NCBI GenBank assembly: GCA_030597375.1
Contig: JAUVRX010000002.1
Coordinates: 1,015 to 65,014 of the forward strand
Reading direction: 5' to 3'
Length of the DNA stretch: 64,000 bases
Source: Acidobacteriota bacterium
GTDB taxonomy: Bacteria; Acidobacteriota; Thermoanaerobaculia; Multivoradales; JAHEKO01
Position numbers and translations under genes: made by a program. The notes beneath the pieces were generated by a model. It saw only the letters and a list, made by a program, of their open reading frames with translations. It ran no database searches and had not been told where the DNA came from. Shown one piece after another: positions 9,603 through 17,876 of the stretch. Within the stretch, counting starts at the first letter, position 1; every line of letters starts with the position of its first letter.

Positions 9603-11075
9603 ATGCCCCCGATTGCACCCCAGGAGTTCTGGCTGCTTGTTCCAGAGATAGTCTTGGCCGCCTTCGGCATGGCGTTGCTGGTGGCGGGGTCCATCGGTCG
9701 GGGCATCGGTGGTCGGATGGCGGCTGCGGCTTCGTTGGTCGGCCTGGCCGCCGCAGCGGTCCTGGTGGTCTGGACACAGGGCCAGGCGACGATGGGAGCT
9801 CCCATCCTGGCGGGGATGTTCGTGCTGGATGGGTTCGCTCTCTACTGGAAGGTTCTCTTCCTGGTCGCTACCGCCCTGACGGTCTTTCTATCCGTCAGAT
9901 TCATCGAAGATGGTGGCTATCGGGCTGGTGAGTACTACTCTCTGTTGCTGCTGGCAACGACGGGAATGATGCTGATGGTCAGCGGCTTCAACCTCGTGTC
10001 GATCTGGATCTCGCTCGAGTTGATGGCGCTGTCGAGCTACATTCTGGTTGGCTACTTCAAGTTCGAGCGGCGCTCCAACGAGGCCTCCCTCAAGTACTTC
10101 ATTCTCGGAGCGCTGTCCAGCGGCATCATGCTCTACGGGATCTCGTTGCTCTACGGTGCGACCCATACCCTGGCCCTGCCGGCTCTGGCAGGGAGCCTTT
10201 CTGTGGCCGTCCTGCAGGGCGACCTGCTTTCGACGGTGGGATGGATTCTCCTGGCGGTCGGTCTCTTCTTCAAAGTCTCTGCAGCGCCGTTCCACGTCTG
10301 GACACCGGACGTCTACGTCGGTGCGCCTACTCCGGTAACCGGCTATCTGGCAGTGGCTTCCAAGGCCGCTGCATTTGCCATTCTGGTTCGCATCTTCTAT
10401 CAGGGCCTGGCTCCGTTGGTGATCGATTGGCAGATCGTCGTTGCGGCTGTGGCGACGCTGTCGATGATCTGGGGCAACATAGCGGCGCTCACCCAGCGCA
10501 ACGTCAAGCGGATGCTGGCCTACAGCTCCATCGCCCACGCCGGATACATCCTGATGGGGGTGCTGGCGGCGAGCGAAACCGGACTCTGGGCGCTGATGTT
10601 CTACCTTCTCGCCTACACCTTCTTCACGCTGGGGGCTTTCGGGACGGTGATTCTTCTGGAGCGGCGCGAGTACGCCGGCGAGACCCTGGACGACTATGCC
10701 GGTTTGGCTCGCCGCGCACCCTTTTTGGCAGCCTGTATGCTGATTTTTCTACTCGCCTTGACCGGAATTCCACCCACTGGTGGGTTCTTCGGGAAGGTCT
10801 ATCTGTTCGCGGCCGCTATCGAGGCCGGGTGGACGTGGGTGGCCGTGATCGGAGTCCTGACCAGCGCCATCTCGCTCTATTACTACATGGCTGTCGTGGT
10901 TCAGATGTATTTCAAAGACTCGGAAGAGATCACTCCGATTCCCATGCGCGCTCCCGGTCTGATAGCAGCCATTGGGTTCTGTGCCGTCGTCACGGTAATT
11001 CTGGGTCTCCTGCCTGGCATCTTCGTCAATCTCGCCAAGTCGAGCATTCTGCCACTCGCCTGGAATCTCCTCTGA
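9603..11075 (+). CDS. nuoN: NADH-quinone oxidoreductase subunit N
   Basis: 490 aa. The sequence contains FKVSAAPFHVWTPDVYVGAPTPVTGYLAVASK. It is the last gene of the operon. Confidence 0.93.
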   Translation: MPPIAPQEFWLLVPEIVLAAFGMALLVAGSIGRGIGGRMAAAASLVGLAAAAVLVVWTQGQATMGAPILAGMFVLDGFALYWKVLFLVATALTVFLSVRFIEDGGYRAGEYYSLLLLATTGMMLMVSGFNLVSIWISLELMALSSYILVGYFKFERRSNEASLKYFILGALSSGIMLYGISLLYGATHTLALPALAGSLSVAVLQGDLLSTVGWILLAVGLFFKVSAAPFHVWTPDVYVGAPTPVTGYLAVASKAAAFAILVRIFYQGLAPLVIDWQIVVAAVATLSMIWGNIAALTQRNVKRMLAYSSIAHAGYILMGVLAASETGLWALMFYLLAYTFFTLGAFGTVILLERREYAGETLDDYAGLARRAPFLAACMLIFLLALTGIPPTGGFFGKVYLFAAAIEAGWTWVAVIGVLTSAISLYYYMAVVVQMYFKDSEEITPIPMRAPGLIAAIGFCAVVTVILGLLPGIFVNLAKSSILPLAWNLL

Positions 11076-11148
11076 GGAGAGTCTTGGCCCGCAGGTCGGT
11101 TGCTGTCCGTCGGCTAGCGTCTGATTTACGCCTTTCGGGTTAAACTAG

Positions 11149-11164
11149 TGGCACGGTCCATGCG
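11149..11164 (+). promoter_or_regulatory. Candidate sigma-54 (-24/-12) promoter upstream of the ECF sigma gene
   Basis: The sequence TGGCACGGTCCATGCG compares with the consensus TGGCACGrNNNTTGCW. The GG and GC dinucleotides have the canonical spacing. The element lies 53 nt upstream of the ATG at 11217, in the nuoN-sigma intergenic region. Confidence 0.35.
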
Positions 11165-11216
11165 TATTTCAGGGGTACCGCAGAGCTCGATTGAGCTGAA
11201 TCGGTGAGAATCAGGG

Positions 11217-11852
11217 ATGCCGAAGAAAAGCACGAGTCAGCAAGAGGGTTGGAATTTCGAAGAGGTGGCGATGCCCTTCGTCGATGCCCTCTACAACACC
11301 GCCTACCGGATGACTCGAAACGCCCAGGATGCCGAGGACCTGGTGCAGGAGACCTATCTCAAGGCCTACCGCTACTACGACACGTTCGAGGAAGGCACCA
11401 ATTTCAAGGCCTGGCTGTTCAAGATCCTCAAGAACACCTTCATCAACACCTATCGCAAGAAGCAGAAGACCCCTCCACAGAGCGACTTCGCCGAGATCGA
11501 GGATTCCTTCGAGAGCAGGTTGAGCACAGACGTCTCGGGGAAGATGAAGAGCCCCGAAGAGGAGATTCTCGAGAACGTCCTGGACGAAGACGTGAAGCGC
11601 GCCCTGGACGACCTGCCACCCGATTACCGAATGGCGGTGATCCTCGCCGACCTCGAGGGTTTCTCATACAAAGAGATCGCCGGTATTCTGGAGCTGCCCC
11701 TCGGCACCGTCATGAGTCGGCTGTATCGTGGGCGGAAGCTCCTGGAGTCGGCGATGCTCACCTATGCCAGGGAGCACGGTTATCTGCGATCCGGTGAGCC
11801 CAGCAAGATGCGTAGCAGCCAGCTGCGTGAAGAGTCGAAGGAGCAGAAGTGA
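11217..11852 (+). CDS. ECF (group 4) RNA polymerase sigma-70 family factor
   Basis: Region 2 reads [43 protein letters not shown]. Region 4 reads [34 protein letters not shown]. Confidence 0.9.
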   Translation: MPKKSTSQQEGWNFEEVAMPFVDALYNTAYRMTRNAQDAEDLVQETYLKAYRYYDTFEEGTNFKAWLFKILKNTFINTYRKKQKTPPQSDFAEIEDSFESRLSTDVSGKMKSPEEEILENVLDEDVKRALDDLPPDYRMAVILADLEGFSYKEIAGILELPLGTVMSRLYRGRKLLESAMLTYAREHGYLRSGEPSKMRSSQLREESKEQK

Positions 11853-11955
11853 GATCCTGGCGAGGAATATCGCCGGGAGGACGGTAGTTAGATAGAGAGA
11901 GACCTGCCGGGCACGTCATCGGAGGGCGGGGTGTGCAGGGTTTCGAGGTGCGGAG

Positions 11956-12198
11956 ATGAACTGTAGCAGGGCAAAAGAGATCATCTTCCTCTACACCGAC
12001 AACGAGTTGGGAGAGGAGCTTCTGGTAGCTTTCCAGGAGCATGTCGTTGTTTGCCCCCAGTGTGCCCGGAGAATCAGCTATACCCGCAGGCTCCTGACCG
12101 TCGTTCGCCAGGGTTGTACGCGCACCAGGGCGCCGGAGAGTCTTCGAAAGAAGATCCTCACCAGCCTGCGCCAACCCGGAGTGGAGTGGGAAGGTTGA
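11956..12198 (+). CDS. Zinc-binding anti-sigma factor (ZAS, RsrA-like, cytoplasmic, no TM segment)
   Basis: 80 aa. It has C3 plus an H-x3-C-x2-C motif (QEHVVVCPQC), the RsrA-type ligand pattern. It lies directly downstream of the ECF sigma gene. Confidence 0.8.
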   Translation: MNCSRAKEIIFLYTDNELGEELLVAFQEHVVVCPQCARRISYTRRLLTVVRQGCTRTRAPESLRKKILTSLRQPGVEWEG

Positions 12199-12221
12199 TC
12201 GCTCAATCGAGGACGAATGCC

Positions 12222-12728
12222 ATGCAGATCTCCAGAGCCAGAGTGAAGACTCCAGGCCGAAGGGCCAGGTGGGCGGTTTCGGCAACTCTGATGGCCGTGC
12301 TTGTCGTCAGTTCCATGGTGGCAGCACCGGCCTCCGGGCAGGGCCGCGGATTCACACTGGAAGGGCTTGCCGGAGGTCAGATCCAACAGAGAGATCTCGC
12401 ACAGGGAGCGGTCATCGTCGTGGTCTGGGCTTCATGGTCGCCACGCGGCAGGGATATCGTTCCTCGAGTCGACAGGATCGTCGATCGCTGGGGAGGTCAG
12501 GCGCGGGTGATCATGGTGAATTTCCAGGAGGATACCGCCGCCGTCGAGAGCTTCCTGGGTGGCAAGCGGCCGAAGGCACCGATCTATCTCGATCGAAACG
12601 GCGCCTTCTCCAAGAATTACTCGGTGACCCATCTACCGGGGCTCCTGATCTTCAAGGATGGGGTCACTGCGTTCTCTGGTAAGTTGCCGTCAGATCCTGA
12701 TTCCCTGATCGCACAGACCCTGGGCTGA
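12222..12728 (+). CDS. Exported thioredoxin-fold (TlpA/ResA-like) protein lacking the CxxC active site
   Basis: The ATG at 12222 is in frame in the 12051-12728 ORF; the upstream part overlaps the anti-sigma gene. It has a signal-like N-terminus. VVVWASWSPRGR sits where TlpA-type proteins have WA(S/T)WCxPC. The C-terminal part reads HLPGLLIFKDG. Confidence 0.7.
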   Translation: MQISRARVKTPGRRARWAVSATLMAVLVVSSMVAAPASGQGRGFTLEGLAGGQIQQRDLAQGAVIVVVWASWSPRGRDIVPRVDRIVDRWGGQARVIMVNFQEDTAAVESFLGGKRPKAPIYLDRNGAFSKNYSVTHLPGLLIFKDGVTAFSGKLPSDPDSLIAQTLG

Positions 12729-12759
12729 GAGCTGTTCTATCCAGGGGGGTAAGGTCGAC

Positions 12760-14109
12760 GTGAATCGCAGATGGATCCGTTTGGGCGTTCTGGGCCTGCT
12801 TGTCGCGACTGCGGCCGGTCTGTATCTGGCGACCCGGCGTCTCGAGACCTTCATCGCTGCCCCGCCTGATCTCCTACCGACACAGGCCTACTCCTCCGAG
12901 TTTGCTGCTCACCCACTGTGGGCGCAGCGTGTCGATGGCGGACTGGGAAGGCAGGACTTGCCGATGGAGTTCGCCTTCCGGTCTGGCGAGACTCTCAGTG
13001 ACGCACTGGGAGCGCTGGGTTTCGAACCGCTGGAGGCCAGCTTGCTGGTCGACGAATTGTCGAAGCATATCGACCCTCGTCGACTGCGTCCCGAGGACCG
13101 CTACGCCGCCCTGGTGGATTCCGAATCCCGACTCGACGGCTTCCGACTGACCTTGAACGGCAAGGGCCAGGTCTCGGTCTGGGAGAAGGATGGGCAGTGG
13201 CAGAGTACCTGGCAGCCTTTTGTCGAAACGACGAAGGTGAAGGCGGTCAAGGGAGAGCTCGACGACTTCCTGGAGACCTCCATCAGCAGGGCTGGAGGTC
13301 ACCCCACGGTGGCCTATGTGATGGCCGATGTGCTGCAGTGGGACCTCGACTTCAACCGCGACTTGAGACTCGGTGATCGGTTCGAGCTCCTCTACGAGGA
13401 GGTTCTTCTGGACGGCAGGTTCTATCGGGTGGGCAATATCCTGGCGCTCACCTACGAGAACGGCGGCAAGCTCCTCGAAGCCTTCCGATTCGGTGAGGAT
13501 GGCGGTTACTACGATCGAGAAGGCCGCCCTCTTCGCAAGCTGTTCTTGCGGTCGCCACTGCGCTTTTCCCGGATCACCTCACGCTTCACCGGGCGTCGAT
13601 TTCACCCGATCCTCAAGACCTACCGGCCCCACTACGGGGTGGACTACGGTGCTCCGACGGGGACCCCTGTGCGAGTCACCGCCAACGGAGTCGTGCGTTT
13701 CGCGGCAAGGGATCGTGGCGGTGGCAATACCGTCAAGGTTCGCCATCCCAATGGCTACCTGACCGCCTATCTCCACCTTTCCCGGTTCGCCAGCGGTATT
13801 CGCTCCGGCCGTCGTGTGTCTCAGGGGGATGTGATCGGTTACGTGGGCTCGACCGGACTGGCTACTGGCCCCCATCTGGACTATCGAATTCAGCGCGATG
13901 GCCGGTGGATCAACCCCCTGACTCTGGACAACGAGCCGGCTGAGCCGATCTCCGAGGAGCAGTTGCCGGCCTTTCTCGCCTGGCGAGACGAGCTTCGCCT
14001 GGCCCTGGAGGAGGAGCGCAGGCCCGTCGGACCAGAGCTGCCGAGCGGCGACCTCCTGGCCGAATCCGAACCCCCAAAGCAGTTTCATGCCACGGCGCCT
14101 GGAAAGTAG
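12760..14109 (+). CDS. M23 family metallopeptidase (membrane-anchored, MepM/OapA-like architecture)
   Basis: 449 aa with an N-terminal TM helix. The catalytic domain reads PHYGVDYGAPTGTPV ... GYVGSTGLATGPHLDYRI. Confidence 0.88.
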   Translation: MNRRWIRLGVLGLLVATAAGLYLATRRLETFIAAPPDLLPTQAYSSEFAAHPLWAQRVDGGLGRQDLPMEFAFRSGETLSDALGALGFEPLEASLLVDELSKHIDPRRLRPEDRYAALVDSESRLDGFRLTLNGKGQVSVWEKDGQWQSTWQPFVETTKVKAVKGELDDFLETSISRAGGHPTVAYVMADVLQWDLDFNRDLRLGDRFELLYEEVLLDGRFYRVGNILALTYENGGKLLEAFRFGEDGGYYDREGRPLRKLFLRSPLRFSRITSRFTGRRFHPILKTYRPHYGVDYGAPTGTPVRVTANGVVRFAARDRGGGNTVKVRHPNGYLTAYLHLSRFASGIRSGRRVSQGDVIGYVGSTGLATGPHLDYRIQRDGRWINPLTLDNEPAEPISEEQLPAFLAWRDELRLALEEERRPVGPELPSGDLLAESEPPKQFHATAPGK

Positions 14110-15103
14110 CGTCCGTGCCAGGACCTGGTGCCGGGTCGATCTGGCGGGCGGTACGCTCGATCTCTGGCCCCTGGGTCTTCTGCATCCCGGGTCTCGCACC
14201 GTCAACCTGGCCATCGACCTGCCAGTCGAGGTCGACCTCACACCGGCCGAGGAGGGGTATTGTCTCCGACAAGGGAGCTCGGAGGAGCGCGTCGACTCTG
14301 CCGAGGCGCTGGCCGAGACCGACGGCGGAGCCCTGATCGGGCTGATCGCGATGGATGTCGGACTGCCTCCCTCGATCATCGAAATCCACAGCGCGTCACC
14401 GCAGGGCGGGGGTCTTGGAGCCAGCTCGGCCCTGACCGTGGCGACCCTGGCGGCGGCGGAGGCTCTCGCAGGCGGGGAACGTTCCCCGGCTACTCGAGTG
14501 GCGAGGCGGGCGCGGGATCTCGAAGCGCGACTCATGAGTCTGCCGACCGGGGTGCAAGACCACTATCCTGCTCTCCTGGGAGGTGCTCTAGAGATCGAGT
14601 ACCGGCCGGGTGGCGAGGAGATTCGCCGGCTGGATGTGGATCTCGAAGCGCTCGGCGACAGGCTGTTGGTGGCCTACACCGGACGAAGTCACTTTTCGGC
14701 AGGGAACAACTGGCGCATCGTTCGAAGACGGCTCGAGGGGGACCCGGAGATCATCGAGCTCTTCGATGGCATCCGGGATGTCGCTCGAGAGGTTCCAGAG
14801 GCTTTGGAAAGGGGCGATTGGGAATCGGTCGGAGAGCTGGTGGCGAGTGAGTGGAGCTTTCGCAGTCAGTTGGCCGAGGACATCTCGACACCCGGGATCG
14901 AGAGCCTGCTCGCTGTCGCTGGCCGGGAGGGGGCCTGGGGAGGTAAGGCATGTGGTGCGGGTGGTGGCGGCTGCATCGTGGTGCTTTGTCCAGCTGAGAG
15001 GCGTCGAAGGGTCGCCGAGGCTCTGGAGGCCGAGGGCGCCCGGGTGCTGCCTGCCAGGCCAGTGTCCAGCGGGTTGGAAGTAACTCGGCTCGAGACCAGA
15101 TAG
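14087..15103 (+). CDS. GHMP-family sugar kinase (COG2605 / HddA-fucokinase-like)
   Basis: The N-terminus reads CRVDLAGGTLDLWPL. The GHMP motif II reads PQGGGLGASSALTVATLAA, and the C-terminus contains GGKACGAGGGGCIVVL. It overlaps the M23 gene by 23 nt. Confidence 0.8.
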   Translation: MPRRLESSVRARTWCRVDLAGGTLDLWPLGLLHPGSRTVNLAIDLPVEVDLTPAEEGYCLRQGSSEERVDSAEALAETDGGALIGLIAMDVGLPPSIIEIHSASPQGGGLGASSALTVATLAAAEALAGGERSPATRVARRARDLEARLMSLPTGVQDHYPALLGGALEIEYRPGGEEIRRLDVDLEALGDRLLVAYTGRSHFSAGNNWRIVRRRLEGDPEIIELFDGIRDVAREVPEALERGDWESVGELVASEWSFRSQLAEDISTPGIESLLAVAGREGAWGGKACGAGGGGCIVVLCPAERRRRVAEALEAEGARVLPARPVSSGLEVTRLETR

Positions 15104-15193
15104 CGGCCTTTCCAGGGGACAGGGGTGTCACTTGGCGACCTCGAAAGGGCCGTCCTCGGTCTGTTCGGGCTGTGGAAACAGGCCGAGGTGGTC

Positions 15194-15209
15194 TGGCCTG
15201 GAGCTTGCA
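15194..15209 (+). promoter_or_regulatory. Candidate sigma-54 (-24/-12) promoter upstream of the PEGA protein gene
   Basis: The sequence TGGCCTGGAGCTTGCA has a perfect -12 TTGCA and a -24 TGGC with canonical spacing. It lies 106 nt upstream of the ATG at 15315, in a 211-nt intergenic gap. Confidence 0.4.
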
Positions 15210-15314
15210 ATCCCAGTGGTTGGAGAGAGTATCCCGGACCCGAGACTCCGACGATCGGGAAGATCGAAGAGCCCGGAAGACACCGGAGGGCCCGGAAGCG
15301 AGAGGAGGCCGGCC

Positions 15315-16436
15315 ATGATCGAGAGAACCGGATTCCGACAGCGACGGAGCATCTCGAAGTGCCTCGGGTTGGCTCTCGGGTGCCTGCTTCTCGCCACCGG
15401 CGGTTGGGCAACCGATGAGGAGAAGACTCCTGTTACCAGAACCCGGCCCTCGGCCGATTCTCCGGGCTCGAGGCGGCAGGCCAGTACGACGCGCCCCAGC
15501 TCGCGCCCGACGGTCTCGGCCCAGCAGTCGAACAGCTCGAGATCGGCATCATCGTCCCCCACCGCACAGCGACAGCCGACGGCTCGTGATACCCGGGAGA
15601 GCCCTCCCGGTCAGTGGAAGCCACCAGGGGGATCCGGAGGCGGCGGCGGGGGAGGGGGGTACCATCCATCCTGGGGTGGGTATTGGGGGGGGTATCGATA
15701 CCCGTCTTTCTGGCACCGCTATTACTGGGGCTGGCCGTATTACTGGGGCTCGGGTTGGGGCTGGGGATACTGGGGCCCCTATTGGTACTATCCGCCTCCT
15801 GCCTACCCCGTATCCAGGACTCCCTACAGTCTCAGATCGGCCACTACCGATCTGGGGGCTCTGAATCTGGCGATCAAACCGAAGAAGGCGGAGGTCTACG
15901 TGGATGGTCGTTTTGTCGGCCTGGCGAAGGACTTCGATGGCTACCCGGGATTCCTTTGGCTGGAGGACGGGAGCTATGAGATCAGCCTGGTTCGGGATGG
16001 TTATGTGACCTTCACGGATCGGATCGCGATTCGCCCCGGCAATATCATCGATTTACGACTGCGTTTACAGTCGGGCCTGTCCACTCCCGCCACAGTTCCC
16101 CAGGCGCCGGCAGCAGAGCCTCAGCCCGAGTCCCAGGAGCAGGTAACGACAGCTCAGGAGCAGGCTTCCCCGCCCGCGATCAGGCAGGATGTCAGAGCCG
16201 ATCCCGGACATCTCGAGCTCGTGGTACAGCCCCCTGACGTCGCTGTGTACCTCGACGGGCGTCTTCTCGGCTCGGCACAGGAGTTGACCGACCTTCACGC
16301 CGGCTTGATCGTCGATCCGGGTGCCCACTCTCTGGAAATGGTACGACCTGGGTACGAGGACCAGCGACTCGACTTCGAGATCGAGTCCGGACAAACCGTC
16401 AGCTTGCAGGTCACACTGGAACGCGACGGGGGATGA
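15315..16436 (+). CDS. Secreted PEGA-domain protein with an S/T/R-rich linker and a Gly/Trp/Tyr-rich low-complexity segment
   Basis: The ATG at 15315 is preceded by GAGAGGAGG. The signal peptide reads KCLGLALGCLLLATGGWA. There are two PEGA-like modules (LNLAIKPKKAEVYVDGRFVG..., LELVVQPPDVAVYLDGRLLG...). The upstream 61 codons of the ORF look non-coding. Confidence 0.8.
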   Translation: MIERTGFRQRRSISKCLGLALGCLLLATGGWATDEEKTPVTRTRPSADSPGSRRQASTTRPSSRPTVSAQQSNSSRSASSSPTAQRQPTARDTRESPPGQWKPPGGSGGGGGGGGYHPSWGGYWGGYRYPSFWHRYYWGWPYYWGSGWGWGYWGPYWYYPPPAYPVSRTPYSLRSATTDLGALNLAIKPKKAEVYVDGRFVGLAKDFDGYPGFLWLEDGSYEISLVRDGYVTFTDRIAIRPGNIIDLRLRLQSGLSTPATVPQAPAAEPQPESQEQVTTAQEQASPPAIRQDVRADPGHLELVVQPPDVAVYLDGRLLGSAQELTDLHAGLIVDPGAHSLEMVRPGYEDQRLDFEIESGQTVSLQVTLERDGG

Positions 16437-16471
16437 TGTGTTTCAGAGGGTCGAACGGAGCGCCGGTGCGG

Positions 16472-17041
16472 TCAGGAATCGAAGTCCTCGAGGGTCCGGG
16501 TTCTCTCTTCCAACCGTACCAGCCAGATCTTCTTCTTCTCACCCGCGATGTAGCTGCCGGGCCCGGCCTTTGTAGTCACGACTCGATGACAGGGGATGAC
16601 GATCGGCAGAGGGTTGTCCAGCAGGATGGACAGAACCTGACGGTAGGCATCGGGCTTGCCCGCGGCCTCCGCGATATGACCATAGGTTCGAGTTCGGCCA
16701 TAGGGGATCTTGGAGGTCTGTCGTAGAACCCTGCGAGCCAGAGAGGAGAGCTCGGTGGCCCCGAGATCGTAGTCCAGGTCCAGGCTACGTCGCGCGCCGG
16801 CGAAGTACTCGGAGAACCGTCCAAGGGCTTCGTCCAGGAAATCGGATCGCTCCGATCGCTTGAGAGTGACAAAGTCGCGGAACTGTCTGCGGTCCCTGCC
16901 CTTCGGGGCAATTACGACCCGGGTCAGCACCTCGCCGGTGAGCTCGATGCCCAGGGTGCCGATGGGGGAGGGAATTCTGATGCGCGTTGGCTCTACTGGC
17001 GGCTCCGAGATCGAGCCGGCCGCCGAGATCGGTTCCGACAT
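16472..17041 (-). CDS. ogt: Methylated-DNA--protein-cysteine methyltransferase
   Basis: The sequence contains IPYGRTRTYGHIAEAAG and the active site NPLPIVIPCHRVV. Confidence 0.9.
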   Translation of the reverse strand: MSEPISAAGSISEPPVEPTRIRIPSPIGTLGIELTGEVLTRVVIAPKGRDRRQFRDFVTLKRSERSDFLDEALGRFSEYFAGARRSLDLDYDLGATELSSLARRVLRQTSKIPYGRTRTYGHIAEAAGKPDAYRQVLSILLDNPLPIVIPCHRVVTTKAGPGSYIAGEKKKIWLVRLEERTRTLEDFDS

Positions 17042-17075
17042 CTAGAAAAGCCTATCATGGGCTCCTGGAGTCGAG

Positions 17076-17795
17076 TCATGGCGACTCCGGACCAGGGGCG
17101 ATGCGGATCGAGAGCTCGCCCCATCGGGCCAAGGCCAGCTCCCCTCCGAGATCGGCGTCCCCATGGTAGGGCCGGTCGGGGATGCGGCGACAGGGGACTC
17201 GGAGGGTGGTGGCACCGGCCAATGGGAAGGGTTTCAGATGCAGGGTGCCTTCCAGCACGGAGGCGCGAACCAGACCGGCGTCGAGAGGCTCTTGCCAGCG
17301 GTTGCAGACCGCCAGCGACAGCAGGTCTGCGGTCTGCAAGAATCGGTAGTCCTGGTCGATGACCGCCTGGCTCACCGCCGCCTCCTGAAACCACCTCTGC
17401 CGTTGGTCCTCGAGCCGGGGCAAGTACTCCTGCCAGCCTTCGGGAGGCTCGCCGGCTTGCCGGTAGAGGACCTCGGCGTGATGGCCGATCAGCAGGGCAG
17501 CATAGGGGTGCTGCCGGGAGAAGCGCTCGATTCCGAGCTTCCAGATTGCTACACGGTCGGTCGAAGGAAAAGAGCTGAAATCGTGCGGCCGTTGGCTTAC
17601 CGCATCGAAGTGGGGCGCCGCATCGGCCTCGCGCCAGCCGTTGTCATGCTCTCGAGTCGCAAACAGCAGATCCTGACGACGCGAGTGGTCGGGCAGCCCG
17701 TCGCGAATCCACAGGGAGAGAAGCTCGCCCGACAGGCGAGCGTGGTCGGACTGGGTGATGATCAAGAGGTTGGGAGACTCGTCGACGACAATCAT
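17076..17795 (-). CDS. Hypothetical protein, DUF3891-like (family assignment from memory, uncertain)
   Basis: A coherent ORF that is diverging from the lyase gene. It begins MIVVDESPNLLIITQSDHARLSGELL. An alternative upstream start lies at 17855. Confidence 0.6.
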   Translation of the reverse strand: MIVVDESPNLLIITQSDHARLSGELLSLWIRDGLPDHSRRQDLLFATREHDNGWREADAAPHFDAVSQRPHDFSSFPSTDRVAIWKLGIERFSRQHPYAALLIGHHAEVLYRQAGEPPEGWQEYLPRLEDQRQRWFQEAAVSQAVIDQDYRFLQTADLLSLAVCNRWQEPLDAGLVRASVLEGTLHLKPFPLAGATTLRVPCRRIPDRPYHGDADLGGELALARWGELSIRIAPGPESP

Positions 17796-17876
17796 GTCGG
17801 TGCCCAGAATAGCCCAGAGCCGGGCCGTAGTAACATCCACATGGATCTGAAACAAGCCTCTAATCGGGAGAACAAC

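Noticed and set aside
17163-17876. A 238-codon N-terminal extension of the beta-eliminating lyase ORF.
   Set aside because: The extension is antisense to the 17076-17795 gene and has no lyase similarity. The conserved protein starts at MPFDLPEPWRVKVVEP (17877).
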